A stretch of 64,000 bases of DNA from contig MU058636.1 of the NCBI GenBank assembly GCA_013265495.1, forward strand, positions 4,995,741-5,059,740. Reading direction: 5' to 3'. The notes beneath the pieces were generated by a model. The model did no database searches. It saw only the letters and a list, made by a program, of their open reading frames with translations, and was not told the DNA's origin. Both the position numbers and the translations under genes were made by a program. Positions 1-13,414 of the stretch are shown one piece after another. Each line of letters starts with the position of its first letter. Positions within the stretch are counted from its first letter, which is position 1. This DNA comes from Vicugna vicugna. Its lineage: Eukaryota.

Positions 1-1296
1 ATGAACATACATATATTCGTTGTCACATTTTGCATGGTTTATTTTTATTAAAAGAAAACGTTCCTAATGCTATTATAAATTTCACAGAAAGTCTTGGTAT
101 TCTATCCTTAAGCACAAAATGTTAGAATGTCAGATATAAAATATTTATTATTCAAATCAAGGTATCTTTGAGCAGATTAAATTTACCAGGATGGATATTT
201 TGTCTAGTTGAGAATTTGTGGATATTTTATTAAAAATAGTTAGCCTACAAACATAAGACATTTTTCATTTCTATGTATCTGCATTTTCTTGATTTGTTAA
301 ATTTTTAAAGAAATGAATACATTTATTTCCTCAGGTTTGTTTATATTTTTAGCAATGATATCATCCTTACCGTTTGCTAAGAAATGAATGTTAAACACAG
401 AGACCACACTTACAAGCTACTAGCATTTAGTGTCTTTTAGGGGTGTTATTTTTCCCAGACATCTTTTTTAATTTAAAGGACTCATATACGAGTTATTCCT
501 GAGTTTTATACCACCATTTGAGGTGTAGACAGTGTTGAGGAATTCCTATTGTCTAGTCCTTCAGTGATCTTTGTCTTGGTGGAATGACTTCCACAGTGCT
601 CCCATTTAGTTCTTATAGTATGTTTTCATTATTTTGTAGACGTTTATGCCCAGCAGTAACCTGATTACTTCTCTTCATTTGTTTTTCTAATTTATACTTT
701 CACTGTTTTTAGCAACTTTCTTAGAGAAATATAGAAAGGATTTAATGTGGGATGATAGTAATTTTTTGATATGTACAAGCACAGGTATAAGTTTTATAAA
801 TTATAAAAATTTGTTAACTTTTAAGGTGTCGTTTATGTAATTTCTAGAGTTTCCTATAACATTTTTTAAGAATATACTTAATCTCTCTTCTGTGAGGAAA
901 TTCCAGGGAAAGGAATAGTTCCCTGCATGTAGCTCTTTTTTTGTTCCCTCATCTTTTTTCGTAATTCACCTCGGCCATCAAAGCATCTATCTTAAAAACA
1001 ATAAAATAAAGTTAGAAGAGTAACTCTGGACATTGTACCCCTTAAACTAATTGTAGTGTCAGACTGGAAGGATTACTCTACTGTTGGTTATGGCCTCTGA
1101 TACAGTAGAACTGAGGGTCTGCTCTGAGAGGAACACTGTTACCCACAGCTGCTCTGAGAATTCAGTAATACATTGGACAGTTCATTACTCAGAAGTCTAG
1201 CCGTACAGCAAAGTGGAAATCCATGCAGTCTGTCTCAAGGCCCAAGTCATAGACATTGATACTTGGTGGCCAGCCCTACTTGTTGATTAGTATTTG

Positions 1297-1315
1297 CAGC
1301 ACCACCTAGTGGATG
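1297..1315 (-). promoter_or_regulatory. Candidate CTCF binding motif in intron 2
   Basis: Minus strand reads CATCCACTAGGTGGTGCTG, close to the CTCF core CCAC(C/T)AG(G/A)(G/T)GGCGC; motif only, no binding data. Confidence 0.55.
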
Positions 1316-2009
1316 CCAGATGGTCACCTTTGCATTAGAGTTGTATTTAAATGTTCCTGTCAAGGTAGACGTTTTGTTAAGTCTTATTTGAAGTAGTAAT
1401 ATTACAGATTGAGGCTTCGTTGTGACGACTAATACTGAAATTAGCGAAAGTTTCTTCACAGAATTCGAACTATATCATTTTTCACCATTTTTGTTTCTGT
1501 CCCACTTCTTTTATGTAAATGTTTGCTTCCTTCTGTTCTTCCATACATGCCATTGAGTCCTACTAATGAACCGTCCATATCATATTATCTTTTACAGTGG
1601 CACAAGAAATATTTTGTTTGATGCTTTAGTAGTTATTTCATGGTAGTCTTTTTTAATGTCTAGGGATGCATCTTTGTCATCCTCTCTTGAATCTGTTTAT
1701 ATATTCTTTTCTAGCTCAATGTTGTAAAAGTGAGATGAAGTACTATGTAAGGCTAATTTTAAACTTTTAAAATCTGGGTAGCAGGTATGATGGATAAATG
1801 AAAAGTATTTTACTTAGTCTTTTAAAGAAAAGTTGTATTTACTTCATAGTTTTAGAATGATTTTGTCCTCTCAGATAGACACTTTCAGGGTTCACATGAA
1901 ATTGAATTTATTGGAATTTAACCTTTGTAATTAGTACGGTTTTTATTTCAGATGAATGTTATTTTTACATGGAGATTTTATTACTTGATTTTTTTTTTTT
2001 AATATATAG

Positions 2010-2213
2010 ATGGTTGTGAAAACTTTCATGGATATGGACCAGGACTCTGAAGAGGAAAAGGAGCTTTATTTAAACCTAGCTTTACATCTTGCTTCAGACT
2101 TTTTCCTCAAGCATCCTGACAAAGATGTTCGCTTACTGGTAGCCTGCTGCCTTGCTGATATTTTCAGGATTTATGCTCCTGAAGCTCCTTATACGTCCCC
2201 CGATAAACTAAAG
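2010..2213 (+). CDS. PDS5B: PDS5B exon 3 (204 nt), MVVKTF...YTSPDKLK
   Basis: Poly-T tract and tatatag acceptor; non-canonical donor AAG|GCAAGT; contains the APEAP motif. Confidence 0.97.
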
Positions 2214-4652
2214 GCAAGTACTGATTAAAAGAACTACCAAGATTGACTGATGATGCTTTATCTTTCTAACTAAAATGGGAGTTACAGTATTTAGATCATT
2301 TCTTTGGATTCTTTGACATTAGTTGCAGCAATCTTTTGTTAAACTACTTCTGTTTTCTGTAGAACTTCTTCCTTGACTCCCCCCCATGCCAGAACCATTA
2401 GTACTTAATTTTGTAAAAACAGTTTCTCATCTTCAGGATAAGAAGTAGATTAGTACAGTGTATTATATAGTTTTTATATTATGTCATCATTAATGCTATT
2501 TCAGTATAACTTGGGGGACACTTCCTTTTCCTTTTAAAAAAATTCCACATTGAAGACCATGTTCATTATTTAAAACGCAGTATCTACTATTAATCTGAAT
2601 TTATAGCATGTGAATCCTGATCATTTAATAGAAGGTGTGATGTAAATTGTTTTGAAGAGTATACAGTGAAAAGAATTTGAATGAAAGGTAGAAAACACAC
2701 CTATTACCTGGTTATGGCAGTTGTAAGTAAAGGCCTGTGAATGGAATAATTTTTAAAAGATGAGAAAAGAAAGGGAATAGCCTGATTAACCCAAGAGTAG
2801 AAAGCATAAAATAATTAGAGCTGTGCAAAACGATACTAAATAAAGCAGGTTAGAAGAAAGTTAGAAAAACCAACAATAATAAAAGATAATTGTTGAAACT
2901 GGGTTAGGAAATAAGTCCATAGGAAGATTATTAATACCTAGTGTGAAAAAAGGGCAATTTAGGTTTATTTTATTTAACAAATATTGATGTCAGTTATGTA
3001 TCAGGAACTGGGTTTACCTTGATGAAAAACAACCCAGACTTTGTTCTTAAATTCAGAGAGTTGCTTCTTGATAACTGGAGTGAGGAACCTGTTCATTTGA
3101 TCAAGTCAGCCAGGATTCCAGTATGGAATGCCCAAACTGATTTGGGCAAGCTTGTTTTATATATCTTAAGATGAGGGAGGTGGGGGACAATATTTGTCAT
3201 TTAGAAATAGAGTTAAATTGTAAGATTTGAGAAACACCAGAGACTTCAAGTAGATAACAGGAACCAGTCTTTGGAGTTGGGTACCCAGATTGTGTGTGTT
3301 GATGTGTTGATTTTTGTATATGTTGAACCTCTAATTTGGAACACTTGATTTGTTTAAGGAGTAATTGTATTGGGGTTGACTGGGCTGTGGCTGTTCCTCA
3401 CTAGGTGTCTTGTTGGCATTCTCGTGAAGAGGGAAGTCTAACTTAAGAGTGCTGCTACTTCTACCTCTCTTGTGGATTTCTCAGTGTGCATAATCAATGA
3501 CCTATCTCAAGACTCAAGTTTGTGTTTTTCTTTGTCTACAGTAGTAGTAATAGAAAATTGTGACACTTTGATTCCCACCTATACACTGTCAGTTTATTGT
3601 TGTTGTCAGAAAACTTTTTATACACTGGCTTCGTGTTTAGGATATTGATTATAAATGAGTATCGTCTTTCTGCCTTCGGGTAGAGTCGATACAGCACTTA
3701 GTTCTCTCTTAGTGAAACCAGAGATGGTTCATTCTTGGAGGATATATTTTTACAAATGTGTAAATGTGTAGTAACCATTTTTGAAGGATGTACTTTTGAT
3801 AGTATTTTTCTTGAAAAACTACTCAGTCATCTGTATATTATATTTCTTCCTTTTTAAGAAATGCTTGTTGTTTACTTATAAGGTAAACATTTTTTCCTGT
3901 TTTCTTTTTATTGATTGAATAGCATGCTTCCTTCGCAGAATTAGCTTTTATTATCATTTTAACCTTTCCCAAACTTTTCAAAAACATTATCCATAAAAAT
4001 TTGATTCAAAGTGACATTGAACCTATATTTACTGAGGTATAAAGGGGTGTGTAATAAAAAAAACCACAAAAGCAAGAGATGGGGATAGACTGAGAAATGG
4101 TAGGGGAAAAATAAGTAATTATAATGACTAGGTAAGAGCTTGACAAGTTAACTTCTAAGGGTCCTTTTACAATTTCTAAGCTTCTGCAATTTATTATCTT
4201 TTCACTTGGTGATTTTATTTTGGAATTTTAAGTTTCTTAAACTGCTGTTTCTTTCTGTATAATTATAATGCATGGTGCTGTTCCAGCAAACCTGATCAGA
4301 TCAGCTCTCAGTCATTGCAATCTTTTTATTAATAATAGCAGAAATGTTAGTTTACTTGGTTTCTCAGGTCTTTTTTTTTTTTTAACATACTGTAAGATGA
4401 AGTTTTTCTTTTCCTACTTTAAGATCATGGTAAATGATTTACAGCTTTTCTTTGAAGGGTAGTAAGATATCTGGTGTTTTCATGATGATACACATTTAAA
4501 AAATTATAGCCAAATACAAGTTTTTTCCCCCTGATTCTTCACAGTTTATCATGATAAATACACATGAATGCTGAAATACCTTTGGGAATCTCTTGAATAT
4601 TTTCATTTAGCATTTATAATCTAAACAATACTTTGTGTTTTCTTTTTTTAAG

Positions 4653-4739
4653 GATATATTTATGTTTATAACAAGGCAGTTGAAGGGGCTAGAGGATACA
4701 AAGAGCCCACAATTCAATAGGTATTTTTATTTACTTGAG
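4653..4739 (+). CDS. PDS5B: PDS5B exon 4 (87 nt), DIFMFITRQ...FYLLE
   Basis: ttttttaag|GAT acceptor, GAG|gtaagc donor, phase 0/0. Confidence 0.97.
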
Positions 4740-4845
4740 GTAAGCAACATATTATATCTTGATCTGACATTTTAAACTGATTTTTGTGCTTGTATATTTT
4801 TACTGATTGAAGTGTTTATTCTTTACTTTTTTTACTTATTTTTAG

Positions 4846-4943
4846 AACATTGCTTGGGTCAAGTCGTATAACATATGCTTTGAGTTGGAAGATAGCAATG
4901 AAATTTTTACCCAGTTATACAGAACGTTATTTTCAGTTATAAA
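4846..4943 (+). CDS. PDS5B: PDS5B exon 5 (98 nt), NIAWVKSY...LFSVI(N)
   Basis: ttttag|AAC acceptor, AA|gtaagt donor; preceded by a 106-nt intron. Confidence 0.97.
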
Positions 4944-5597
4944 GTAAGTTTATTTTACTGGGAATGTAAGCTTTTTTTAAAATATAAAGAATTTTTAACT
5001 TACAGATAAATACATAAACTGTGTTTGTTATGATGAATATTAGAAGGCTCATAAGAGTTGTAACTTAAAAACTCAACATGATTTTTATAGGTGTTTTAAA
5101 AAATCAATAGAACTTAATCAACTTTGTATTGTAAAGAATAATACAAGAGTGGCGTAAGGCAATCTATAGCCAATGTAAAAATATTTTTTGGATTATATTA
5201 TTTTTCTTTTATTTAAATCACATATTACTGACTCAGTTCATGTGAATAGTTGAGCTTTTTCTGTATTCTTTAAAGTTATCTACCAGAATTAACTTTAGCA
5301 AACCAATTTGATTTTCTGAAATTAAGGTAAAACCAAAGTTGCATTTGATTTGGTTACTTTTGATTGTGGAAGTGGTTAAAATTAGTCAAAAGTAGTCCAG
5401 GAAATGTAGTTTAAAAAATATCTTGGATGCTACTGTAAGATTTGGGAGAGAGGAAAGAAGCTTTAAAGGAATAGATAGAATTTGATTTAATTAATACCTT
5501 AGTATCATTTTAAAAATAAAGTATAATGTCCCATGTTATCATTAAATCCTGTACATTTCAGGTATACTTTAAATGAAATATTTGTTTTGAATTCCAG

Positions 5598-5724
5598 CAA
5601 TGGCCACAATCAGAAAGTTCATATGCACATGGTAGACCTCATGAGTTCTATTATTTGTGAAGGAGATACAGTATCTCAGGAGCTTTTGGATACGGTTTTG
5701 GTGAATCTGGTACCTGCCCATAAG
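5598..5724 (+). CDS. PDS5B: PDS5B exon 6 (127 nt), [10 protein letters not shown]...LVPAHK
   Basis: ttccag|C acceptor, AAG|gtaact donor. Confidence 0.97.
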
Positions 5725-6435
5725 GTAACTAGCAATATATACTGAAATATGTCTAAAGCCTGTTAATATTAGTGTCCAGAATTTGTTCTTAGGCTCAAAA
5801 TTCAGTGTATCCTGTTTTAACCTTAGTTTTTGAGATTATTTTATTCATTAATGTTAATGAATATTAATTGTTTAATAAAACATGGTACACTTATTGGTCA
5901 CTAATTAAATGAAAAGAAGAAATAAGAGATTTAGTACATGTGATAAAATGTCTGTAAAACTCAGTTTTGTATAGGATTATGTTTCAAGGAGTGCATTAAT
6001 AGCTACTTTGATGCTATTAGATAACTCAGTATGTTGGGAGATACACAACCAATTAGAGCCTTAGGTAAAAGACAGTGATAGTGTAGTTGGAGGAGAGGGG
6101 TAAAAATTAAAAGGAAAGTCTCTACTAATTTGGAGAAAAGGGTATGTTGGTAACAGTGTTTCTTGCCTGGGTGATATTAATCAAAGTGTGTGTGTGTGTG
6201 TTCTTTGAAAATGATCTAGCTCTAGTAAGCAGCTGAAAATACGGTACTGTGATTCACCAGTATAAAGATCTCTGCGAACTTAAGACCTTTCTGGCAAGGT
6301 ATACGCTAAGTCTATAGCTACCTAGCATTCACAGGGATTACAGTGCAAAGAAGAATCACAATAAATGTAAATGACCCAAATTTACTTCAGACAGATTGTC
6401 AGAATGGATTAAAAATAATCCAGCTAGTCATTGTT

Positions 6436-6558
6436 TTTTTTGTGGGGGGGCAGTAATTTGGTTTATTTATTTATTTTTAATGGAAGTACTGGGGATTGAA
6501 CCCGGGACCTTGTGTACGTTAAGCACACAGTCTACCACTGAGCGATATCCTCCCTCGC
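6436..6558 (-). mobile_element. tRNA-derived SINE, camelid vic-1-like
   Basis: Antisense A/B boxes (ctaccactgagc, ggggattgaacccggg), A-rich tail; TSD agtcattgtt at 6426-6435 and 6559-6568. Confidence 0.88.
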
Positions 6559-7601
6559 AGTCATTGTTAATAAGAGAACAAAAATACTGTCAGAAAGAGG
6601 TTGAAAGTAAAAGGATGGAAAAAAGATTTGCTCTGAGACAACATAAGTATAGGCTAAGCTATGTTGTGCATGTAATTGACAAATGTTTAGTGTATGAAAT
6701 TTATAGAGGAACTATAAATAACAAGACAAAACAGCTCATTTGATAAATGGCAAAGACAGTAGTTATAGAAAATTATTTTTTATATACACAGGCAAGTACA
6801 AGGCAGTTTAATATCTATGAATAGGAGAATGAGTAAATAAGCTGTAGTATATTATGTATTAACATACTGAACAGCAATTAGAAATGAATTAAATAATACA
6901 ATACGAAGCATCTGTGCAGATAAATCTAAAAATATGCTGAATGGGAATTTCAGGATATATACACTATTCCTGCTTGTGTTTAAACTGGAATAGTGATTCC
7001 ATTTTAGATCGTTGGTCATGATTCTATCATCAGAGTCGCACAGAAATACATTTTCTTAAAGTATTTTTTCTCTTGCACTTTTTTCTTTTCATATTTGACT
7101 GTTATGTTTCTTGTATCCTTGGACTTAGCTGTTCTCTGAGATGTGCTTTGAGAAAATCTGCTTTCCTATAACTGCCCCAAACTCTTTTGTATTTCCCCAC
7201 CTTTGGGTCCCTCATTTCTGCCTACACCAGAACTCAGTTTATTCTCTAATGATGTTTTGGGTTTTTTTTGGATTTGGAGTGAGCAGTCTGTATTTGTACT
7301 CAGCTGAACTGATTTGACTTTGGGACTAACTTTACAATGACTGAGTATCTTGTTTTCTGTCCAAAAAACACTTACTGAATTTTTCTCTGTGGTTTACCTT
7401 ATATTATGAATAAGATACGACCAGTTAGTCTTATGAGAAAAATGACTTTACTGTCTCCCTCTTATTCTAATTGAGCCTTAGACCATTTTCTCATTCATTT
7501 ACTTAAGAGTAACTTTTTGAATATAAGTAATATTTTATTTTTCATATTTAGAATATATATATCACATATATAATATAGATTCTGTTTTTTTTTTTCCCCA
7601 G

Positions 7602-7682
7602 AATTTAAACAAGCAAGCATATGATTTGGCAAAGGCTTTACTGAAGAGGACAGCTCAAGCTATTGAACCATATATTACCAAT
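7602..7682 (+). CDS. PDS5B: PDS5B exon 7 (81 nt), NLNKQAYDL...EPYITN
   Basis: ttttccccag|AAT acceptor, AAT|gtaagt donor. Confidence 0.97.
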
Positions 7683-8334
7683 GTAAGTCTTACTTGTAAT
7701 TGGTTTTCAGGGGGATTAGCCAAAATTTTAAAGACTGCTAGAATCAAAAATTTGGCAAGTAGTACATACTTTAAAATTTTATATTGTTTTAATCATTAAG
7801 TATATTTTCTTTCTCCTTATTTAAAATTATTATTGGTTAATATTTTCTGGAAAGTGAGCTCTCATCTTCTTTTGTTTATTCATTTCCTTCTTTGAAATTG
7901 CCTAGGAACTAAAACAGCTTTATTTTGGTTAGCAAGATGTACTGTTTCTAATGTTGGACAATAGATTTAATTGTAGTTAGATGAAACATATGGAACTTTT
8001 CGTTATTCAGAGAAGTTGCTTACAGCTTTTTGGAGATTAAATTGACTTGTTCAAGAAGATATGAATTAATATCAAGACATAGAAGTTGAAGGCAAGTATG
8101 GATGACAGCAATATGGAGAAAATTGCCTTTCTTGACATCCCGGGGGTAGATTCCATATAAATCTATATATTCTGAAAATGGGGAAGAATTGCAGTGAAAT
8201 GAGCCCTTTCTTTATCATCTCAAATCTACTTATTTATGATTGACCATCTTCTATTTATTTTCAGAAGAATGTATTTTGTCTGATAGGTTCACTGATAGAA
8301 GCTTATTGTAAGTTTTATTTTTTCTCCACAGTTC

Positions 8335-8450
8335 TGTTGAGCTGCACAACTCTAGATGGCACCATTCACATTGTCTTCCATGTGAATGGTACCTACTGGA
8401 ACAAATCTAGAACAAAGTCTTAATGTTGGCCTCTGGAATTGTGTAGCAGT
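8335..8450. mobile_element. MER91-like palindromic hAT MITE
   Basis: gctgcacaactctagatggcaccattcacat...atgtgaatggtacc; perfect 11-bp stem 8361-8371/8380-8390; family recalled. Confidence 0.65.
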
Positions 8451-10016
8451 TCTGTCTCTTCATCTGCTTTCCACATTTACCCACATCTAAACATGTAAAG
8501 GATGTAAATCTGTCTTCTTGAAAAAAGTGAGAAAGAAAACCTTTTATAATTACTTATGTATTTAATTTTCCTGAAGTTTATTGAAGGAGAATTTTTCTTG
8601 AAGTATACAAAGTTTAAGTCATATATAAAATACATCATTAAAAGATGTACTTTAAAAAGTAACATACTTTATGAAAGAGTACCTTGGTAAATTCCAGTTT
8701 TTATCTCTGACTTATGGCCTGAAATAATTCTAGCACATGATGATTTAGAAAAATGTATTTGATTTGTAAGGAAATTGTTTTGGAGGGTGAACTTTCAGAA
8801 GCTGGAGAATCAAATTGTGTAATCTATTTTAATAGCTCCGATCAGATTGCCAGGGAATTACAAATATTGATTTCCACAAATTTTGTGAGTCTTGGGTATT
8901 GGCTGAAGTAAATTGGTTAGATTGAGTGGACTGAGCTCTTTTTGTTACTGATTTAATGACACTTGAAGTTTGTAGACCCAAATTTAAGCATTCTATGATT
9001 AAATACCCCTTCCCCTTTCCTTTGCTTCAAGTGCCTCTGAATGAGTCTCCATGGCCATTAGATACACTAGGTGAGCTCCTCCTGGTGGTCATTTATTTAA
9101 ATTGATATTGCCAAGCCAGATGTTGTTTAGGGGAACAATTTTTTTGGATGCCTTTTTCTGGCATAAAAAATAAGAAAATGACACTATACTGCATTGATCT
9201 TTTTCTAGGATAGGGGAAATAAATATTTGGATAAATAAAGAAAAAAACTTCAAGATAGAATGATAGTATTTGTTGAGTTAGGTGATTAGGTTCATTATAC
9301 TATTTTCAACATTTGTATATGTCTGAAAGTATTTATATTAAAAGTTAAAAGAAAGGTATAAGGATCGAGGAAATACTTTTAGCAATCCCAGATAAATTAA
9401 GGTAAAGTATTTCCCTGTCATTTATACCTTAGGTTAACTTCCTACTCATAGTTCTTGCTCACAGAAATAGATACCCTCCTGCATACTTTCTTGTTATATA
9501 TCTTTATCATAACTAGGGGTGGGGTGCAAGAGGCACAGGACTAGTGAAATGGTCTGAGCACACTTTTAGTTACGTATTTATTCCCAGTACTTTGTCTCTT
9601 TTATTTTCTTACCTAGCTAAGAAGTCATTAAGAATTGCTAATTTTTTTTCCTCCTATCTTCCCTTATAAATCTTCTTATTTTTCTACCTCAAGTGTCACT
9701 TGAGGTGAACTTAATTGTCTTGTAGGATTTTAGTACAGTGTTTAAAAATCATTCTCAGCCTTTTTGGACTTGTCTATAATAGCCATTATTCATCTTTCTT
9801 GTGGAGACTTAGCAAGCAAAAATAAAAGTAGACTATCAAGATAATAATAACCCCACTTCTGTCTGTTTTTCACTCTCATGCATGTAGGCACATTCAAGTT
9901 TGTTCTTTATAGATAATAATTCTCATATATGTAGAACTTAAGAAATCACTGTGGTGTTACAGATCATTTTTAAAAATAGAGTTTGTTATAACTTGACAAA
10001 CTCAGGAAACTAAAAA

Positions 10017-10033
10017 GTGTGTGTATATATATA

Positions 10034-10067
<34 letters not shown>
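10017..10067. repeat. Compound (TG)n/(TA)n microsatellite
   Basis: gtgtgtgtatatatatatgtgtgtgtgtgtatatatat... Confidence 0.9.
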
Positions 10068-10068
<1 letters not shown>

Positions 10069-12096
10069 TTTAGAAAGGTAAAACAGTGTCAAAAACAAAG
10101 TACATAGTGCAATTCAAAAAATTTCCTACATGGATCACTTTCTGGTAATGTTATTTTTTTTTCTGGATTTTTAAAATCACAAGTTTAAGGAGATGGCACA
10201 AAATTATTTTGTTGGATGGAAAAATATATCAAGTCCATCTTGATATAGGTCAAATTTGGTTACGTTGCTAAATCTCACTTAGGCTGTTATTGGAGTTAAT
10301 AATACTTGGGGTGATGGTAGAGAATGTGTTAATTAATATGAAAGCAGTTTTGTAATTAAAATTGACTGTTTAAATCTAAGGTAGAATTTTTTACTGACCC
10401 TTAATTTACTCCTTGTTTCATTAGGAGGTGGTTGTTATACTTCAGTTTGTAATGTGAAAATTAGTTACCGATTTGTAAGTGAGACACTTATGTTTTCTGG
10501 AAGGAAATACTTTATTCAGATCTATATCTGCTACCTCCACTAAATTGTAAGCCCTCAGGGAGGTTGTTTTACCTATATTTGTATCATAGTAATTGTTATG
10601 TATTATTCATTTGCTAAATCTACATTGGATACCTCTGTGTCAGGTACATTTTTATAAGTGTCATAAAAGATACAGGCTCTTGTTATATAGTGGAGAAGAC
10701 TACTTGGAGATATGTGGCAGTTATAAGTGTCAAATAAATATTTTTGACAGAATTTATAAGAAGTTAAACCAGGGAATTTTCTTTTTTTTCCATTTTCAAA
10801 TGAGTTTTCTCCAGACTGGTAGAAGATGGTGGTTTGATCACTGAATTGGCCAGATTGGAAAGAATTAACTGTTTTATTTGCTAAAGAAAGGTAGATTTAT
10901 CCTTTTTAAACAGGAGAAAATTTGTGAATGAAAACAACAAAGCCACTTTATTTTCAGCCTGAATGAGATTTTACCTTTGATGTCATAAAGTTCTTTTCCC
11001 ACAAAATTGATGAACAAGAAGAAACAAATAAGTTATTTTTAAAACCAGTAAAGAAGGACTAGTAAAATAGAGTTTGTTCTTTTCTCTCCTTCTGGCTAGG
11101 TAGTTAGTACAGGTTCAGAGATCTAAAAATGTTCGTTTAAGAACAACCCAGGAACTAAAAGTAAGCAGAGAAGACATAGAAATGTGAAGTCTTTGTACTT
11201 TCCAGATAGAAAACCTAATTAAGCTAAATTGTATGTTAACTGTCACAGAGAGAAGAGATCAGAACAGCTCATATGGTGTAAAGAATCCTTAACTCCTTCT
11301 TCAAGGAGACAGAAGATACTGTTGAGAATATGTGGTATATGCTCTGAGTTAATTTTTTACATATTTAGAAGACGTTTAATAGAAAGGAACTTGATCATTA
11401 TGCCCTGTATCTTTACCATTTTCAGTATTAACATGTTGAATGATCTGAGTATGGAAACTAATTAGAGCTGGCTGCTTACTCACATTTGGATTTTCCTTGT
11501 GTTTGTGTGTACTTTTAGTTGGACTTTAATTACTGCTGTAAATCTTGTGCATATGTATACATTGTTTATCAGACTATAAAAGAAGACAAAGTATTAAAAG
11601 GTTGTTTTGCATTGTAAACAAAAAATTACACATAAAAAAAATAGAAGTGTCTTCTACTATGAAGTGAAGGTTTAAGGTTTTTTTTTTTGCCTTCATTGCT
11701 GTTGTCTTCCATACATGTATAGTGAACAAAATGTGATCCTTTGCCCTTAAGAAATTTATCTACTAGAGAAATTTAGATATGTACTCATATAACTATAATA
11801 CAGGATAAAATATGGTAAGCACCATAGGGGGTATAAAGTATATTTGACAGGCAGGGTGTTTATTGATATACTAACTGATGAGTTAGTACAAATTACGTAT
11901 CTTTTATTGTGTACGAGGTGTATTCCTTATTTTTTATGTAGCCCATAATGATTTCCCATCTACTCTTAGAAAATGTTTTGATATGCCTATTTTGACTTTA
12001 TATAAGATGATAATGAATTTAACTGAATGATAAGATTTTAGAAAATTTGATTTAGCTATGGTGTTTCTATTAATGATAGATTTTCTTTCTCCGAAG

Positions 12097-12237
12097 TTTT
12101 TTAATCAGGTTCTGATGCTTGGGAAAACATCTATCAGTGATTTGTCAGAGCATGTCTTTGACTTGATTTTGGAGCTCTATAATATTGATAGCCATTTGCT
12201 GCTCTCAGTTTTACCCCAGCTTGAATTTAAATTGAAG
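12097..12237 (+). CDS. PDS5B: PDS5B exon 8 (141 nt), FFNQVLMLG...LEFKLK
   Basis: ctccgaag|TTT acceptor, AAG|gtaact donor. Confidence 0.96.
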
Positions 12238-13414
12238 GTAACTATTCTAAAAATAATACAGTTTTATCAACCTGATTAGCAAAGAGTATTATTCGTGACT
12301 TTTTAATCCTCATAGTGGGTTTAACTGAATGTTACAGGTGTGATGTTATCTTACTGTTTTTTATTTACACATTTGTACCTTGCCTACTTGTGTTATCTCC
12401 AGTTCCTGGCATGGTGCTTAGCAGACAGAATCAGATTAATTAATGATTAGCAGGATGGTATTTCCTTTCATATATTTTCCACGTGAATTCTAGGTTGTGA
12501 TTAGCTGTTGGGATCATAGCTATACATCAAATTTATGTTTTTAAGGTATAATTTATAGTGGTTCCCAAGACCCTTTGATTTTTGCCATGAAAATAGTTTA
12601 GGGTCTGTTACCCACATGGGGTGAGATATTTTCCCTTTATTAATAGTGTTCCTTATACTTGCCTAACCTATATTGAAAGCTCCTTTGCTTATCACATAGT
12701 TTTCTGGAATCTTTTGTTAACATGTCCTTATTGCCTTGACATTAAATTACATCATTAAATTGAGTTTCATTTGCAGATTTGGGGCATGTTCTTTTCTCCT
12801 TCAAATTATTACATAAAGATTAAATAAAGCTGGTTATAATTAATAATTTCTGATGAACCACACTGTACCACCCAGAAAAGTTTTTAAATGATTTCTTTGT
12901 TTTATTTCTTCTTTCTAAAAATTTGAATTTATCTCTTTGAGAGCTACAAAATAAACAGTTTATGTCGGTAGTGTAAATCATCCCAAAATGGAGCAAATAA
13001 TCAGTCTCATTTTATTCTGGGGTATATTTTTGTTGTATTTCTCAAGTGAGTTATTTGATTCACTGACCTTCCTGCCCCCTTTTTTCATTCAGTTAGCAAT
13101 TTTGATAAGGCAAGAGGCAGTCATATTTTTAATTATTTGTTGGTTTGATTTTCTTTAATAAAAATATTGAGTATTATAAGAAATATAAAAATAAGGAATT
13201 ATCATTCCTGCTTCCAGCAAATTTATCATCTGTTATGGGAGGAAGAGGAAAAAAATCCAAATCTAGTGAGAGGCCAGATAAGTGTCATAAAAGATACAAG
13301 CCAGCATACAATTGAAGCAAAGAAAACACCATGCAGAAGCATATAGAGGTAGGAAGGTGCTGGGTAAATTCACAGAACACAAGGAATGAGAGTTGCATGG
13401 TCGCATAAAGTAAG

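Noticed and set aside
2010..2012. ATG as the PDS5B start codon
   Set aside because: It directly follows a splice acceptor and corresponds to an internal Met (~37); the true start exon is upstream of the window.
6485..6556. tRNA gene (also at the other five copies)
   Set aside because: A/B boxes are present, but with A-rich tails and TSDs; these are SINEs.
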